A DNA stretch of 64,000 nucleotides from Nitrospirales bacterium (lineage in GTDB: Bacteria > Nitrospirota > Nitrospiria > Nitrospirales > UBA8639), in assembly GCA_965203295.1 (NCBI GenBank), contig CBDBCZ010000015.1, positions 1 through 64,000 of the forward strand, read 5' to 3'. The notes under the pieces were generated by a model. The model was given only the letters and a program-made list of their open reading frames with translations, was not told the DNA's origin and did not search any database. The first letter of the stretch is position 1. Each line of letters begins with the position of its first letter. Shown piece by piece: positions 59,142-64,000 of this stretch. The translations under genes were made by a program, and so were the position numbers.

Positions 59142-59952
59142 GATATGACTCACGCCAACGCCAATTATTTATTAAGAGGACGTTACGTAACCACCTAATA
59201 AAGCGGTCGTACGAAAGCGCGCCATTTCGCTATTCATTGTATGTCTGCAGCAAGGTTATCAAGCTTCGGTATCCTGTTTTCTGCAGTGCCTTGCAGCTTT
59301 TCCAATCCGGTTCAAGAATCGCTTTACACGCTAATACCGCTAAATAGCGCTAAATCATCCACGCGCTAAATAATAACGAATTTACACACGAACGCTAGAC
59401 TCTACGTACATGTACGTACATACGTGTAGAGTCTAGCGTGCTAAAGCGTACTAGTTATGAACACACGCGCGCCAAATACAGGGTTCCACGCACGCTATTG
59501 TCGAGGGGCCTATGTTGCAGATTAAGGGAAGCTCGTCAACATTTGAAGCTCGATGTACTGTCAACATTTGAAGTCAGCAATCTGTGGCATCATAGATAAT
59601 ATAAACCGTAGGACTCTATTTCATTCTACTGGAATTCGGGTTTGTTATCCTATTAGAATCAGCTAGCTATAGAACCCTGCATGATTAGAATGCATAGCCT
59701 CCAGTGGATTGATTAGGCGAGAGAATGATTGATCACTACAATACCAGCAGTAGCTAGAGAGATTATAGCTATATTCCAAGTATAGAACAGTCAATACTAC
59801 ACCATGGCCATGCACTCATTAGGTAGAGTTTGGTTATTATAGTTCTGCCATTCTGATTTAAACCTTATTACTGATAATTTAGTCTGTATCTTCTATGGAG
59901 TATGTCTAAACCTCACTGTGTGTATTTATTACTGCATTCACTCTTAATGCAG

Positions 59953-61236
59953 CAATACCTTTCAGCATCAGTAAACCTACACCTACCAGATTTATCATGC
60001 AATCAAACAGTGCTCAGGATCACAGCTTTTACTAAGTAACAAGCAATTTTTGGCACTGCAGCTGGATTGGGAACCCTGATTTCAATCTCATTATGCTTCA
60101 TTGCTGCAATTGTTCATGGTATTGTATTGAAATAAAGGAAACCAATTGTTCAGAATGTGATAAACTGTGAATTAATAAGCACACATTGGACCAGTGCTGA
60201 AGTCAGAGTTGAACGACTTGATATTGAAGGTTATAGACAACTTCATAATCTGATGCAAGATACCAAGGTCAAAGTGCAATGTGTGTGCGTAAGCCAAAAG
60301 TGTATACTTAATAGGATGTGTAGTGCATGTTTAATGGCTGCATGTAATACATGCATGTATGGCACTACTTTTATCTTTAATTACAGGAAGTATTTAGCCC
60401 CACCCCTCGTATACGTATTATATACATGTAATCTATAACACAATAATTATGCAGGATCAGTATCCGTCAGATGAGACCCTTTACAATGATCCAGATTCTA
60501 CTGAAGAGCTCCTACTTGAACAGATTAAGTACCAAGGAATAACAATGATTCCTAGGGAATCACTGGCGTACGTGAAATACTTCACACACATCACGCAATA
60601 CTAAATGATGACGATTTTTTTTTGCTCACATACAGATGCACTATTCATTTGTGTCGAGGAACATTTAGTGTCGTCAACAGAGGAATATGGCAAGATGATT
60701 CCGGTATGATATATGAGGTTGCAGTAAAATCTTTGGTTCCCGGATCCCCAACAACTGCAGGATGAGAAGATCAAGCTTCAACTTTACCGACATTCTCCCC
60801 CAACTGGCTGCCCAGTGATGATTGCTGAAATCGTGAATCAATGTTGGTAAGTCTATAGCTCTGCTTTCCACAAAAACAGTCTCCAGTACCTTTTTTATCA
60901 GGACCTCATTCTTTGCAGCCTATCCATGCAGCTTTTGCTTATGAAATAATAGAGAACTGCTATAGCTACAGGCCAGTTACTATGGATAGCATGTTTGTAC
61001 TTAAGCATTCAAATCACACTATTCTCTTTCCCAGGCACCCAGACCCTGAATCCCTTCCTACCTTCAGGGATCTGCTAATTGCTCTCCTGAAGTTCGAGGA
61101 CTCACTGGTGGATGTCTCAGGAAAGCCTGTTGATGTCTCAGCATGGTCTGAAGAGCCTGGAGAGGATGAGGCTGTTGATGAGATATACTGCAACAATGAT
61201 TTACTCGACGTGGAAGAACTTTATGATATCATTTAA
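59953..61236 (+). pseudogene. Receptor tyrosine kinase pseudogene (TM, juxtamembrane, internally deleted kinase)
   Basis: TM AIFGTAAGLGTLISISLCFIAAIVHGIVLK followed by TAA (60133). Exon 60455-60567; exon 60636-60846 LCRGTFSVVNRGIW...VAVKSL is frameshifted and fused to YRHSPPTGCP...NQCW; exon 61035-61236 HPDPESLPTFRDLL. Confidence 0.75.
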
Positions 61237-62078
61237 CTTATAGAACTATCACATGCCTTATCTTTTAGCAAACAGGCTCTACGTACTTTGTAAACAGACA
61301 GAAAGGCAGCATTGATGTAATATGTAAGCATGACATGAATATATATTATTAATATAAGAATCATCATGAGTAATTGCATATTAACCGTTTATTGGTGATC
61401 TAGGGCATAATTATGAGTATCACACATCTATCATCTGTAGATACTAATGGGTATTGTGTTTTCAATGGAAATTTAGTGTTGTCTTGAAAAGTAATGTCCA
61501 GTGAATTGATATGTTAGAATTAGCTGGAAATAGTCTGTAAATCATTGACATAATATTATCGTGAAGTAAGCTGCACAGCAATCACAGGTTAACATGAACA
61601 AATTTAGAAAACTATGCCACCTCGCTAATTGTTTAGCAGATTCACTGATTAAGCAAACTATGGAGTGTATACAATGTGTACACGCATGAGGAAAAGTGAT
61701 TCGTTTAGTAGTCACTGTACTCCATACACCATGAACAAAGTATTTGTGGTGAAATACAAAGTGTTGCACTATCAATGAGGAGGTTATATTGCCTTCATCA
61801 AACAAATCATGAAGTAAAGGACTGTAATGGATATACAAAGAAATACAAATTAAAATTCTTTGGTTTGGCTGCTGTTTGATGCCTCATTAGAGCAAAAACA
61901 AATAAAGTGTCATAAAAATTTTTAAAGTTAAGTTATTTAGCACTGTGATTTCGTTAACTCACTATTTTCTCAGATATTCTTTCATGTAATACTTTAACAG
62001 ATATTGCAATTATGAAAAGCTCGCATAAGTGTAGTTAGATTCATACTCACATGCATATCACCAAGAGAAAGAAGTGAG

Positions 62079-64000
62079 ATGAAGCTCAGAATATTTGTGA
62101 TCATCTTGGCAGCAGGTACTGAATAAGAGAATAATGATGGGGGTGGTATTATCCTAGTAATGCTGTACTATTTTATCATACCAGTCATACACATCACTTG
62201 GACATACCAAAGTGATGAGTGCCCAGGTGATGCTGCTCAGTTTGAGTCTACTGCCACAGAGAATTCAGGGTTCTTCATAAGTGAAAATCCTGTGGGGTGC
62301 TCTGGCGACATTACAGCCTGGAGATTCTGCTACTACACAAATACTAGACCTTGTAGATTGGGCAGTTATGAAGCCGCATTTGGCTTATACAGAAAACAAG
62401 GAGAAGACTTTGAACTGCTGTCTTACACAGAACAGAGTGTAAGCAAGGATGGAGATTCATTTACAGATAATGCTGGATTGACTTGTGAGCTTCTGGAGCT
62501 GAGTACGCCTTATAACATTGAAGAAGGATATCATATTGGTGTTTGTTTGTTTGAAGACGGAAATGATAAAACCAATACAAATAAATGCAATGATGGAGTA
62601 CGTCCACTTTCCATTATAGCCCAAGAAGTGACTGGAACTAGTCTAAAACATTCCGATTCGTACTGTGACAATTCACTGCCTATCATCGTACAGACTGAAG
62701 ACTCACTCGACACTCTACACGATCATGCACTTCACATATCCTTGCAAGTTGGTGAGTATCTGTCTTCCGTAGCCCTTTGATTTTGCATATTTTCCAACAT
62801 CCCTTCCTTCCTTACACAGTAATAAACAACAACCCAGTCATGAGTATTACAGGTAAATTGCAAAAATATACTTAGTTCACCTGCAGACATGTCATATTGC
62901 ATGTTGCATTCCTGCAGAAACAACAATCATCCTAAACACTAATGCTACCAGGGATCTCTTGAATGATCACGACTCTACCATCAATCTACCCCCCGCTATT
63001 TTATCAACAGTCTCCCCTAATGCCTCAACCACAGAGTTTATGGCATTGACTGGTCACGACTCTACCATCAATCTACCCCCCGCTATTTTATCAACAGTCT
63101 CCCCTAATGCCTCAACCACAGAGTTTATGGCATTGACTGATCACGACTCTACCATCAATCCACCCCCTGCTATTTTATCAACAGTCTTCCCTAATGCCTC
63201 AACGACAGAGTTCATGGCATTGGCTACAAATATACAGCCTACACCACAACCAACTGCTCCAAACTCACCGACCATTGAAAAAACAAGTCAATCCTCTACT
63301 TCAAAATCAATAATAGGCCTAACCACAGCTGTAGTGATGCTAGTGATATTTGCAGTTGTGGTACTTCTTTTGGCTCTTACGCTTTTGCGGTACAGGAGGC
63401 AAAAGCACAAGGAACTTCAAGCAGAAATTTCACAACTGGGTCAACCGGGTAAGTCAAATCTATAAATAGCTACATTAATGACTGTGTGAATAAGCTTCCT
63501 TCATGTTGATAACACAGGTCACTTTGTTATCGCTAATGGTTATATACCACCGACAAATAGTGCTACTCATGAATGTGACACAGCAAATCAATTCTCAGAG
63601 ATTGAGAACACTGCTACACATTATGAATTTGATCCTGAAATCAATCATTCCGGCCGAAGTGACTCTGACAGTGTGGTAAGAATTCATGTTGCAACCAACA
63701 TTAAAGTCATAGTTACTTGATAAACAGCTTCTTTCTTGCAGGACACACAGCACTATTCTGCTCTTAACCAGACAGTAATGCCTCCAGTTCAATATTCCAG
63801 TTACCATAGATATTACGCAACACTAAAGGTATGTGAGAATGGTTATATCACGTTTTCACCGATTGTTAAAATCAGACTATAACACTGTACAACCCCATGC
63901 AGGCTGTACAAGAAGCACTTCCATTTAAGCAGCCTAGTTCGAGTGAAGGAGACCTGTATGCTCAGTTGAATAAACAGAAGCTTAAGAAGATTCCTAGAAA
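62079..64000 (+). CDS. Type-I membrane receptor, probable receptor tyrosine kinase (3' end outside window)
   Basis: Exons 62079-62115 (signal peptide MKLRIFVIILAA), 62185-62751 (Cys-rich ectodomain), 62918-63448 (Ser/Thr/Pro stalk + TM IIGLTTAVVMLVIFAVVVLLLALTLL-RYRRQK), 63518-63675, 63742-63828 and 63903 onward (PSSSEGDLYAQLNKQKLKKIPR). All join in frame. The kinase domain itself is not visible. Confidence 0.8.
62959..63222 (+). repeat. Coding 87-bp (29-aa) tandem repeat x3 in the receptor stalk
   Basis: L(N/T)(D/G)HDSTIN(L/P)PPAILSTV(S/F)PNASTTEFMA repeated three times. Confidence 0.95.

Overview
Intron-containing animal DNA, most likely a demosponge. This is inferred from the sponge-type Ig exon modules, the RTK juxtamembrane signature and the repeat families; it was not confirmed by any search. 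From left to right: (1) 1-20.7 kb holds the 3' part of a very large type-I membrane receptor. It has at least 17 intact Ig-like and 5 FN3 domains, a TM helix and a kinase-less tail with an ITIM-like motif plus three acidic Tyr motifs. All ectodomain exons are symmetric phase-1 cassettes, and the gene shows internal block duplication, two dead exons and a conversion-like tract. (2) 20.7-37.5 kb is a duplicated, transposon-riddled segment. It carries three intronless jacalin-like lectin copies (two intact), a 197-bp TG...CA cassette containing a tRNA-Thr(AGT)-like unit, a decayed PHD-ORF1 LINE, a dead Crypton (tyrosine-recombinase transposon) with a terminal hairpin, a pseudogene copy of the receptor's membrane-proximal exons, and a truncated P-type element with a convergent second ORF. 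(3) 37.5-43 kb is repeat-rich intergenic DNA. (4) 43.4-59.1 kb is a complete 17-exon SSX2IP/ADIP-like gene on the minus strand with MITE- and hairpin-element-rich introns. (5) 60-64 kb holds a collapsed tyrosine-kinase receptor pseudogene and the 5' part of a probable receptor tyrosine kinase running off the window. Gene models were built by eye from GT-AG sites and reading-frame continuity; no database searches were run.
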